Part shown: positions 52,881 to 64,000 of the stretch, one piece after another
Layout: every line of letters starts with the position of its first letter
How positions within the stretch are numbered: position 1 is the first letter of the stretch
Source: Harriotta raleighana
Lineage: Eukaryota
Direction: 5' to 3'
Assembly: GCA_050575255.1 (NCBI GenBank)
Contig: JBNZDD010013726.1
Span: 3,045,763-3,109,762, forward strand
DNA length: 64,000 bases
Translations under genes and position numbers: made by a program
The notes under the pieces: generated by a model
Told to the model about the DNA's origin: nothing
The model's input: the letters and a program-made list of their open reading frames with translations, nothing else
Databases searched by the model: none

Positions 52881-53922
52881 CAAACAAAGCTTTGATCTTT
52901 GTAGAATGCAAAATAACTCCCTTATTATTTAATAATATGAAACACATGGCAATCTTATTCAACTGTGTTGTATCATTTGAGCTTCTTGGATAGATTAATA
53001 AATGAATTGCCATATCCTATAAGCTTCCACAATAATGGTTCATGCAAGCTTCCATGTTTCAAAAGAAACATGCATCATAAAAGGTGGGCAAATCAGTATG
53101 GAACATTATTTTAAGTTGAATGCTTATGTAATGTTTAGAAACAATTTTGATTTTGGCACTGGGACCAATTGACTTAGAGAAACCTGACTGACTCTGTATT
53201 GTTCTATGTGTGATGTATGCAAGATCGATGCAAAACTGGAATATTATTTCTTAGAAAAATTATTCCTCCATCTCAACCCAGCCATGTGGCCATAATTGTA
53301 GTTGAGAAATAATTTTCTTTTAAAGATGTGCTTTTGTTGTTATGATTATGTTTTCAATAGAAGTTGATATTGTCATTGTGAATTTGATGGATGAGATCAC
53401 ATCTCATTGAAAGATATGTACGCAATCTTAAAATAAACACTATACTGTATTAGCAAGCTGTAAAAGAGTTGGAAAATCATCCAATGTACCTTGTCATAGT
53501 GTATCACTATCTCCTCAAAGCAAAATTGCCATTTTGCTTCCTTTGGATATCTGAGTTACAAGATCAACTGTATGTATGCAGAAAAACTGGGGAGACTTCA
53601 GTGTCTGATCCCAGAATAATGCTCAGGTATAGGTATAATTAATTGTGACAGGAAGTCAGTCACTGCAAGTACATAGGAATTGACGCTAAAACATGGATAA
53701 ATCATACAGTATCAGAAAGCGAACAGACAGCTTTTACTCATTGTGCTGATTCTTAGTTATATATGAACCATACAAAATTAGGCATAGTAAATGATTACCT
53801 CTTACATGGCTAATATGTGCACGTATTGAAATTGTTCCTGAGACGTACATGAATTATAGAAATAGAAATTAGTGTTTGAAATCTTTTACCATGTGCACTG
53901 CGTGTCCAAGATTTGCCTTTGC

Positions 53923-54280
53923 AGAGCCCTGTAGCTCAATGGTTGGAGCACTCATTTTACAAGTGAGAGACCTGGGTTCAATTCTAGGCAGGGCGAAATC
54001 TTGGAAAAGTTTCCTTAATCCACATGCCTGAAATAAATCTCTCAAAAAAATAATAAATTGGTCATTTCAATCCATGACTGTTTGTAGATCACTGCTGTCT
54101 GAAATTGGCTGCCACATTTCACCCACAAACATGCAGTCAATTCACTTTACAGTATATTTTGTGAAACGCTAAGAAGACATGAAAAGCTCTATGTCAATCA
54201 ATCAATCAATCCATATTACATTTATATAGCGCCTTTCACGTCGGGAGGATTTTCACGTCAAATGCAAGGATTATTATTAT
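53923..54280 (+). mobile_element. tRNA-SINE, full length, with an inverted L2 tail inserted near its 3' end
   Basis: A and B boxes and body; insert ~54198-54256 flanked by gtcaa. Confidence 0.88.
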
Positions 54281-54319
54281 ACTGGAGCATAATTGCTGCT
54301 CAGTGCTTCTGCATTTACT

Positions 54320-54378
54320 GCAATCCACAATCTGCTGACTCGGAGGCTGCAGTGCTACCAACTGAGTGAGGCTGACAG
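54320..54378 (-). mobile_element. Deu-SINE head fragment
   Basis: ctgactcggaggctgcagtgctaccaactgagtgaggctgaca matches 51590-51632. Confidence 0.65.
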
Positions 54379-56649
54379 TGGGTTGTCATCCGGATTCATT
54401 TTTAAAGGTGATTTTCATTCATTTAGAATTTTCATCTTGCATTTCACAGTGTAAAAGCTTTGCAGTCATAGCCCATTTTTTTTTTAAAAAAACTTCTCAG
54501 TTCAGTTTGCTCATGAGAAACCTGGCTCCCGCATAATTTGAAATATTATTAAAGTTAGCACAAAATAGTAAGTGTTCTTATGGTATCAATTACCAAAGGC
54601 TGTCTGGAGCGCAACTTCTCTTTAGCATTGAATTACCAGGAGAGCTTTCCACGCAATTTTTATTTACTCAATACATATTTATCATCATTGAACAAAGTAA
54701 CACTGGAGACTCCACCTGTATCTCATTTCATACATTTGCAATAAAGCTATGATTTAATTTCTTCTTCACATTTTGCTAGAGTCTTTCAAGAAAAACTATT
54801 GAGTAGAGAATCTTCTAAGTAAATTATGAGTTTGTCCTTTCCTCCTGGATGAGAAGCAGGCTAAAAAATGGAGTTCCTGAATACGATAAATTTATGATTA
54901 CAACTCTGTTCCTAGCTCTTTATAATACGTTCAATTATGAAAAAGGGAAAAACCAATTGGAAACCCGTTATACACTATGAAGGGAAGAAACTCAATATGA
55001 CTGAGTAACACACTGGACAAATTATTCCATATTCGTGGCATATCAGCAACAGTAAATCCAGTGATTTCACAGCTTAAGCAGTCATAACTCTTATAGAAAT
55101 CCAAACGATGTTCTGTTCAGAGGAAAAATTATTGGGAGTCCCACAAGTATGCAACTCATTAATTAGTGAGAATATATCTATGGTTATGAGGTCCCATGTT
55201 ATTGTAAAGTATAAATGTTGAACCCATTATTGGTAAATATCAGTTGACTAGCATCTGTTACATGATATAGGTTATATTTTATCTCTTAAACACCCTGGTG
55301 GTGATGTGCGGTATGAGCTGTGCAGCGGATACAATTGTCCTTCGATGTGAAGAGTTGCAGCTGATTGCACATTCCTCAAGTCTTGTGTACCCTTTTTATC
55401 CTCCAGTCTGCACACTTTCCTCAGCTGGACCATACTGCGGTTTAATGAAAGGTCACACCTGAAGCACATTTTCTATTCAGGTGTTGATGGGCATGCTGTG
55501 AAATTTCCAGCACTTAATAACAGAAACCCTTTAGTCCTCAATAAAAAACTTGTTGTGTTAACTCTGCAGACTTTGAAATAGAAGGATTTGTGGGTCTAAA
55601 GTTATCTTGGTTTTGCTGAATCAGTATTGGATGATGCACAAATTGAAGGACTCAGTCAAAGTAAGTATGTTATAGGTGAGAAAACTGGCTGTATTAAAAT
55701 TATGAAGTGCAAATGATCTCAGACTAGGAAGATGGATCATTTGACTAATCTTAAAAAATAGGTGAGGCTGGCAGCATTTGTTGCCTTGTTAAGGTGTTGG
55801 CCTTTAAACCACTGCAGTTTTTGTACTGATGGTTATATTTCTTGAACAATCAAGAACATTTTTACAAAAATTTGACATGGCATATGGTTGCACTATTACA
55901 AGGAACATTTGGCCAAGCCAGAATTTGTTTGATTGCATTTTATTTTCTTGTTGGGTGCTATTTTGAGATACATCATTCTTATACTTCCAATAATTTAGAA
56001 ACTGAATGATAGTGGTGCAACAATATTGATAACATCCATAATTGCAGTTTGAGGAATTGTGCACCTAGAAAGGCATGAAATGTTTCGTAAATCAAATGCA
56101 TGCCCAAATAAAGCCAACGTTGAAAAAGATTTGAAATTATCTATCACGGAAGCCAGTTTTGTTTACCATTAATGAGAAGAGGGGTGGAAAAGGATTTTAC
56201 GTACTGACTTATTTCTATCAGTACTTGCTAAATTTGGATTGGATGTTCTTACTTTGTGGAAATATTTGAGTTTGTAGTGCGTAACTTGATTGAGAATATC
56301 AAGTGAACTTTGTTCCTTGTACAGTACTCGTATTACAGAGGCTAGGTAGGTGTTTCACCACATAGAGTGGGAGAGGATCACCAGTAGTTAGTACTCTTAT
56401 TGACGAGCAATGGCTGGAGCATCCCTGCTTCAGTGATTCACAGAGAGTGTGGATCAGTGGACAACAAAGCTACCATGAGAAAAGAGCTTTTAAAGACATT
56501 TTTTTTAAATATCGGAGAACATCAAGACANTGCAGAGAGTGTGGATCAGTGGATCAGTGGACAACAAAGCTACCATGACAAAAGAGCTTTTAAAGACATT
56601 TTTTTTAAATATCGGAGAACATCAAGACAGCATAAGGTTAAAGGATGAT

Positions 56650-56980
56650 GATTCTTGCAAATAATATAATGGCTTATCACATATGCAAAACATCTCAAAA
56701 TGCTTCACAGAATTTATAGTAAAGTGTAGTGACTGTACATTTTGTAGATGAAGGTGGAAGTCAATTTTGGCTATGTTCTGCCAACAGTCATGAAACTAAT
56801 GATCAATTTGATCTGGAAAAATGCTGTCCAGGACTCCAAAAGAAATTTCCTCCTGTTTTTCAAATATTACCTTGACAACTTTAATATCAACTTGAACCTC
56901 TGTTGAATATTTCAGCCAAGAATGAGACCTTTAATACAATACAATGCTAACTAGCACTGGACTGTCAGCAGGCTGACACT
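56650..56980 (-). mobile_element. Degenerate Deu-domain SINE
   Basis: Tail catctcaaaatgcttcacagaa; Deu remnant ccaggactccaaaagaaatttcc. Confidence 0.55.
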
Positions 56981-58198
56981 CACTAATACAATAATTAAAA
57001 TGTTGTCATGTGGAGAGATAGTTGCATTGTGATATTTCTGTAATTTCAACCTGTCTACAGAATATCTTTATATTCAGACTTTTGCCAAAAATTTGGTTCA
57101 TTGTGAAGAATCTCTGCAGTTTATCTTGTGATTGTTTTTGTAGCTTTTAATAAGAATTGGAAGCTTGCACTCACAAATGTGGTTTTAGAGATTCAAAAAG
57201 CCTGACTTGGCTACTGAAATATTCTGCCACCCATTGCTCAAGTAAAATGACAGTCTGAATTGATGTCGTTCCTGTGAATTAATGAGAATACATTTACAAA
57301 TTGTTAGACTGCCTAATTTAATTGAGCTGCAGTATGAATTTAATGACGAATTGCATTCACTAAATGGCTAATTAATACACTTAGCAGATGTTGGTATTTA
57401 AAACATCTTGCATTTCACATTCTGTCAAAAAATGCTTTTTATTTATTTTTATTCAGAATGAGGTACATTAAATGTTAGTTATGAATATTTCAGGTTGATT
57501 TGACCAGTCAATCACACCTCGGAGCTGCTGTTCAGCATATTGTTCTTCCTTGTTTCCTAGTTAATATTTGAACACCCTATGCTCAGACTACAAGGTTAAA
57601 AAATAATTCCTTCAGGAGAAAAATAATCTATATTCTACCATTGTTGTGCAGTCCTGCAACTGGTGAATTGTCAGGGCCGTATCCAGTTCTACTGTAGCTG
57701 AAATGTAATTTCTTTTTTAACCATTGATTGTGCATTTCAAAGCAACTGAACTCCTAACCACCACACCCCACCTTTCCTCTTTAAAGAAGACACTTTCCTG
57801 GTGACTTGGCCAAAATTAGGACCTTGCTGTGTTCCAAATACCTCATTTCTACCCCCCATGAAATTACAATGTAGCAAGCTGTCCAAGAAATAAAGATAAT
57901 GGAGTGGAATTCACCAGATATGTTATCTAAGTGGGTATTTGCTGCGTAAGAGATTCAGATCATGGAATTTGGAGAGTAGAGAACGATAAGGTTGAACTAA
58001 GATGGGAGAAACTACATTTTAAAAAGCCGGGAGAAATCAACAGAAGTTTATGGAATAAATTAGAGGGCTGGTGGAAAGTGTTCATTTCCTGCAACAGCAA
58101 TTTATTTGATTTTCACCTTGATTGCCACGATGCCAGTTGTAAGGGGAGATAGGTAGCGGGCAAATGATTAATCTGCAGTGTAGAAATTGCAAGAGTCT

Positions 58199-58260
58199 TT
58201 CGCACTTGAGGCCTTTATCAAGAGTGAAATCAGTTCAATTGTGTATCAATATCTGATATT
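58199..58260 (+). pseudogene. Possible highly degenerate U2 snRNA 5' fragment
   Basis: Colinear blocks tcgc..ggccttt, atcaag.gt, atc.gttc and aatatctgata resemble roughly the first 65 nt of U2. Confidence 0.3.
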
Positions 58261-60409
58261 CAGATATAATGTACTTGTGTATTAGAAAATGTTACAAAGA
58301 TTTGTTTATGAGTACTGTAGTATACAAACTGGAGATTCAGAGTCTTCTTTGCTAATGGTGATGCTTAGTTCTCGGAACAGAAGTGTGCAGAGCATTAATT
58401 GGGAAATTAACTGAACTAGGCCTTAAGTTTCAGTGCAGCACTATATGTAGATGGAATCATGAAAATTACTTTTTACTACGAGAGGGCGAGATTTATGTTT
58501 TATGATGCATAAAACATGTTCATGTAACATGCATCGCAGTACTATTTGATCAAAAGGAATAACATAGGTTCACTTCCAGCTACCGTATATTCATTTGCCT
58601 TAATGCATTCCACTGGCATTGTGGCTGTGAAGCTGTGAAACTCTTGATTATGAGGGCTACACCCAGTTGAGGCTTCTGAATCTCATTCAATTCAAACCTC
58701 ACATTATAGACTAATGGATGATGTGTCACCTTCAGCCCTTCTAACACTTGGACTGAATTGATGAGCAAACAATACAATGAAGGGGGAGCCAAATACTGTA
58801 TGTAGCTGCTCCATCCTATAACCGACTTGACATTGCTCTGATACGTCCTTTATCCTATGTGGCTAGTGTTTAAATGCACAATAAATCATGATGAATACAT
58901 AGAATTCTATTCTTAGCTGATGCGTGCTGTAATTGATCATATTCCATGCTGCTTCAGGTTACAAGATAATGTTGTAATTTCTTAAACTGTAATCCCTCAT
59001 CTTAATAAACAAAATTATTGACTTGTGTTTCCTGAATATTAAATGCCTTCTGTTTCCAAGCGGGAGATCTCAGCAAGTGATGGCTCCTGTAATTCCCTTA
59101 CCGTTAGTGAATATAATGTAACTCTAGCTGTGTCTAGGTATGCCTCTCCCCGCATTAGCACAGAGAGCTATCTTTGCATTCAAATTCTCTCTTTCTGATA
59201 GAAATGACGGTTCTCCCACAGAGAGGTCCAATAATAGAGACATCAAAGACATTTCTGCTACCGTTGGATAAAAAATGTATAATTTACCTGTTATAATGAA
59301 AACAAAAATGTGCTAATTTTACCAAGATACTTTAGTATTCACATTACATCCTGACTAATTTACTTCTAACCTTTTATGCACTGGGTCCTCAGTGTTTTTT
59401 TTTGAATGAATGATGTTATTACAAGGAATTAAACATTTAAAATAAATTCTTTGCGATCTCAAAATTTGGGATGTTAGTAAAGGCTTTTTTTGGATAGTGA
59501 GCTGGATGCAGAAATATACCATATTTACGAGTGTCCAAACCAGACAAAGAGAGAAGGTTCCACATTTGTATTGCATTCACACAGACCAAAACGTAGTGTG
59601 TGATACAACTCACAGTGATGTTCACCATGTTCTTATTTATTGGTTCTGTATATTAAGTGTGTTGGTATACCAGCCAACTCAAAGCAACACACAGATGGGA
59701 TGCAGCTTCACGCTAGCTCTTCACTATATGAGTTCACAATCTCAGCTGGACACTCCGCAAAAGGGAGCCAAGGTGAAACCCCATCTAATAAGGATGGATT
59801 CAGAGGGCATGTATGAGTTCTGTACCTTTGTGTAGTGTTACAGGAAGTGCCTACTGTCTCTGCTGGGTACAGTGTATAGTGTGAAATATTCCTAATTTGC
59901 GGATGGGGAAAAGAAAAGAATAATTGCTATTTCTGAAATTGAATATGCAATTGCTGATACAGTACCTTGAAGACAAAAACAATTTGTGTGAGTTAAAAAT
60001 ATCCCAGGTACAGTACATGATTTCCGGGTCACAGCTTGGGTCCAATGTTTTCTGTGTTCTATTCTGATATTGACAGAGGGGGTTTGTGAACTTTCTCGTT
60101 CAGTCGCACCAAAACAATTGTCACACAGCTCAGTAGAAGTCACACAACATCTTTCTCCAAAGCTTTTTTAGAAATGCTCTCTAAAAATGACGTCTATGGT
60201 AGACATATTGCAAAGCTTTCCAAAGTCAAAACAAGGAGAGTCATGTGACAAAAGTAAAGTATAAATGTAACTCCCCGATTACTGTATTTCCCGAGTAACT
60301 CAAAATCCACATGCAGGTTCATGCAGCATCACTACTGTGTTTGAACTTGTGATGAGATTTAAACTAGAATTCAGGTGCAACCATGGGGAATGTCAAGGTC
60401 ATGGTACTC

Positions 60410-60800
60410 GACCTCACCTATAAAGCCCACCCACCTCACTACCTTAGTGTCTCTGGCCATCTTTTTCTACTCCATTCATCTTCTCACTTCCCCAAATACC
60501 TCATCTGGGCCTGCTGCTTGATCTCTGTCACTTTTGAGCTTTCAGCTACCATGCCCCAAACCTCTGGAAATCCTCTCTGCCTTTCTCCCTCACCCCCTCT
60601 CTATTGGTCTTTTAAATACCTCCTAAAATGATGTCCTCCTGACATGAAAGGCGCTATACAACTGTATGTTTGTTGTTGTATAACCTACCTCTGCTTATGG
60701 TCACCTTTTCCTCTTCCCTTTTGCAGACTTCACCTTTGCAAAGCGTTTGGGAAAAATGTTATCCTACATTAAGCATTCAATACAAATGTAAGTTGTTGTT
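60410..60800 (+). mobile_element. Degenerate L2 3' fragment(s) with two successive tails
   Basis: ctctggaaatcctctc...gaaaggcgctatacaa..ttgttgttg; second tail aagcgtttggga...aaatgtaagttgttgtt. Confidence 0.65.
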
Positions 60801-61842
60801 ACTGTAGAGTTTTTGTACGCTTGTAGTATTATTTGAATAACATCACGTTCATCAAATAAAATGCAAAATTAGTCTTTTCATGGGTTAAAAATAAGTCGCA
60901 ATCACTGAGTTGTTTCAGCTGCCAAACTGTCACATCATGCAGCATGTTGGTAATTTATATTCATCATCCATCTTATCAATAAAACAATACTTTAATCTGG
61001 TGCGCTTTTGGGTTCCTTATTCTCAAGTTTTAAAATGTAGCTATTCTGTATATTTCACCTTGTTTATGCTGCATATGGAGCAGATTTTACCTATGTCTTT
61101 TTAATTGGTTTTGAAAATGCTCCAAGCTGCTGTATTCCCCAAGTAGTTAGACAACAGCCAATTTATAATTTATTTAAACTATTATAATCAAAAATAAAAT
61201 GTAAAGTGGCCCCAAAGTGTTTTTGGTACGAAATCATGAAATGTTTGCTGCAACTATTCTTAGCAGGTAGGGTGAGTCTTCAATCATTATTTGCTACAGT
61301 CCTTGTGTACAGGATTTTTTAAAAATCTTGAATTTCCATGCAATTCCATACAATTGCAAGTTGTTGTATGGGAGTTTCCCCATCATTCTGCTCAAGGTAT
61401 TTTCTATCAGTAACTTGCGGTGATGTACAACAAGTTACTGATATTCATCTGTGCATTTCTTACATACCCCCTAATGCTGGGTGCATCCTTCAAAAAAATC
61501 GCCTATTGCAATTTACTTTTGAAAACACTTGCAAACTCAATGTCAAATCTATAAATGCGACCCTCCCTGCTGGCTTTATAGGTGAAGACATTTTCATAGG
61601 TAGAGGCATGTTCAGTGTATTACTGAAACGTACAGGTCACAGCTACAAAATGACCATCTGTGGGAAGAACTTCATTTGACAGCAGATAACAGGCAATGTT
61701 CCTCAGACGTCAAACTGACAGTAAGAAGAGGCACAGGTCGATACTCTGGTTGCGTGTCTAGGATTTCAATAAACATGTCATTTGGAGAAATGTACAATAG
61801 CACCTGGTCCTACAAGTCTACTTTTTTTTTGCTACCATTGAC

Positions 61843-61914
61843 TTCAATCAATCAATCAATCAAAATAACATTTATATAGCGCCTTTTACGTTGGGAGCAT
61901 GTTCCAAGGCGCTG
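61843..61914 (-). mobile_element. Solo L2 3' tail with (ATCA)n terminus
   Basis: (atca)n aaataacatttatatagcgccttttacgttgggagcatgttccaaggcgctg. Confidence 0.8.
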
Positions 61915-62512
61915 TACAGTTAAGTAGGGATCAGAGCGGGTGGAGGGGAAGGAAAGTAGGAAAAAATTGACTATATTTGTGGGCGATTTGACAGATTTTG
62001 TAGGAGTAATACTACTGGTAGCAAAACAATGTCTGTTTCAATCCTGTAAAGATGGCGGTAAGTTATGGTTTTCAATTAGTGATCAAATTGGTTTGAATAG
62101 ATTAATTTAAAATGCAATCGTCGACTTTATATAAAGTAGATTCTAAGGAACTATGCTAAAAGTGGAGTTAAAATGAACAAATTATCAACAAATTAATGTA
62201 GCTTTGTTAAAAAGGTCATTTTATGTAATACAGCATTAATCTGTTTTTAATGTACCTTAATGCATTTTTTCTTTAATCAACAAAATATTAGATTAAAATT
62301 AAACACTGTTAAATAGCAATTATGTTAGTTAATTCATTGAAACATGCAAGAAACAGATGCACTTTTTAAATTACACATTGAAAATTCAATGATGGTCTAT
62401 GTATTAATTTCAGCTTTAAGAGTTAAGCGTCTATGATAATGGTACATTGCTACAGTGTTTGTGTTAATAGCAGTGCAGTATTATAATGTGAAGTTTTATC
62501 TGCTGATTGAAT

Positions 62513-62772
62513 ACTATAATTTTAGTCCTTGTATTTGATATAGTGCTGTTTACATCTTCTAGTCGTCTCAAAGTGCTTCATAGAATATACTGTACAGTAT
62601 ATTTGTGGGTGAAATGCAGCAGCCAATTGTGCAATGAAGAGTCCAAAAACAGTTATGGATTGAGTGACAAAATTAGATTTTTTTTTCTTTTGAGGGATTA
62701 TTATATGTTTGGAGTAAGGAAACTTGCCCATGATTCACCCTGCCTTGTTACAGCACTTATTGACTACAGACT
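62513..62772 (-). mobile_element. tRNA-SINE with a partly deleted head
   Basis: Reverse complement of tail, body and a head remnant. Confidence 0.8.
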
Positions 62773-62776
62773 TAAT

Positions 62777-63080
62777 TGGAGTCCCAAAGCTCAGTGGTTA
62801 GAACACTTGCCTCACAAGTGAGAGACCTAGGTTTGATTTCCAGCAAGGCAAAACCTTTGGAAAGTTTAAGTTTAATTACTCCACATATCTGATAATAATT
62901 CCTCAAAAAAAAAATCATAAAATTGGTCACTTCAATCCAGTGTTGTTTTGTGACAATTAGCTGATGCATTTCACCCCTAAATCTATACAGTCAATTCACT
63001 TTTCAGAATACTCTATGAGGAACTTTGAGACATCCAGAAGACATGAAAAGCACTATATCAAATGCAAGGATTATTATAAT
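62777..63080 (+). mobile_element. tRNA-SINE, full length
   Basis: A and B boxes, body, tail. Confidence 0.9.
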
Positions 63081-63534
63081 TGACAGGAAGGAGAACATTT
63101 CTTTGGTTTCTGACCTTCGTACAGTCCAAAATCAAGAAGTTCCCCACAAGGTTGCACTGCATGCCAGCTAGGATATATATAACCCATGTATCATTTTTAT
63201 GATAGGAACACAAACTATCTTTTCTTTAAGTAATGATTGTTGTCCAAGTTTAGAAATGCTGCATAAACCATGATGTGAGCATTTTCAATGACACAGTAAA
63301 CCAAGGTCTCATCAGCTTTTGCAAAATATTCCTTGACACTATTAGAAAAGTGAAGAGAATTTCTCCCAAGAACCTGGCCAACAATCATCCAACTTAATTG
63401 GTCATTCTGATGGCTTTTGAGGTAATGTGTAAATGGCTCCATCATTTGCATACAAATACAGACACTATATGTGATGCTTACTTTACTTCATTGAGATGAT
63501 TCAATGTAATGAGACCTATGAAAATTATCTGCAA

Positions 63535-63710
63535 CATTCTCCCGCAATCCATCTGCCTCGCCCACTCCCTTTTTCTTAGTCCCTCCTGAATACTTTCCTC
63601 TTCCACCAGCCACCTCCACTCTGGCTTGGAGTCACGCTCCGCTACTGTTAAGCGTTCTGAGACTCTACCTGTGTGAAGGGTACTGCATAAATGCAAGTTG
63701 TTGTTGATGC
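63535..63710 (+). mobile_element. L2 3' fragment
   Basis: aagcgttctgagac...gaagggtactgcataaatgcaagttgttgttg. Confidence 0.65.
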
Positions 63711-63768
63711 AAACTGGACAGCGAGCTCTGGGATTGCCTGATGATAATTTTAGGCAGATATCTGATTG

Positions 63769-64000
63769 TGGAGTCCTGTAGTTTAGTGGGTAGAGCACTC
63801 GCCTTGCAAGCCGGAGACCTGGGTACAATTCCAGGCAAGGCAAAAACCCTGGGTAAATTTCCTTAGTCCACATGCCTGAAAATAATCCCTTGGGGTGGGG
63901 CGTGGCAGGGCAAAAAAAAAAAATTGCTCATTCCAATCCACGACTATTTGTGGGACGCTGCTGTGCGAAATTAGCTGTCACGTTCCACCCACAAATATTC
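63769..64000 (+). mobile_element. tRNA-SINE (cut by the window end)
   Basis: A and B boxes and body. Confidence 0.88.

Noticed and set aside
28650-64000. GRID1 or other protein-coding exons
   Set aside because: No ORF resembles a known non-transposon protein; the short ORFs fit chance or repeat origin.

Overview
AT-rich eukaryotic (vertebrate) genomic DNA. The repeat landscape (tRNA-derived SINEs with L2-type tails, Deu-domain SINEs, L2, CR1, Penelope, RTE) points to a cartilaginous fish such as elephant shark; that is an inference. The window holds the 3' end of a CCSER2 (FAM190B/GCAP14) orthologue on the + strand: a 99-nt exon (836-934), an 85-nt frameshifting cassette exon (8812-8896), a candidate 40-nt alternative exon with an RBFOX motif cluster (20361-20400), and a terminal exon starting at 24851, followed by a 3' UTR rich in miRNA seed sites. 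The most notable feature is that the terminal exon is read in two, possibly three, frames depending on which upstream exons are spliced in. This switches between a 314-aa tail with SxLP motifs and short tails of about 21-31 aa. From ~29 kb onward the window is intergenic, with repeats and candidate conserved non-coding elements and no recognisable coding exons. Several N-joined tandem duplications look like assembly artefacts. The gene call relies on my recollection of human CCSER2 sequences, not on a database search, and repeat boundaries are approximate.
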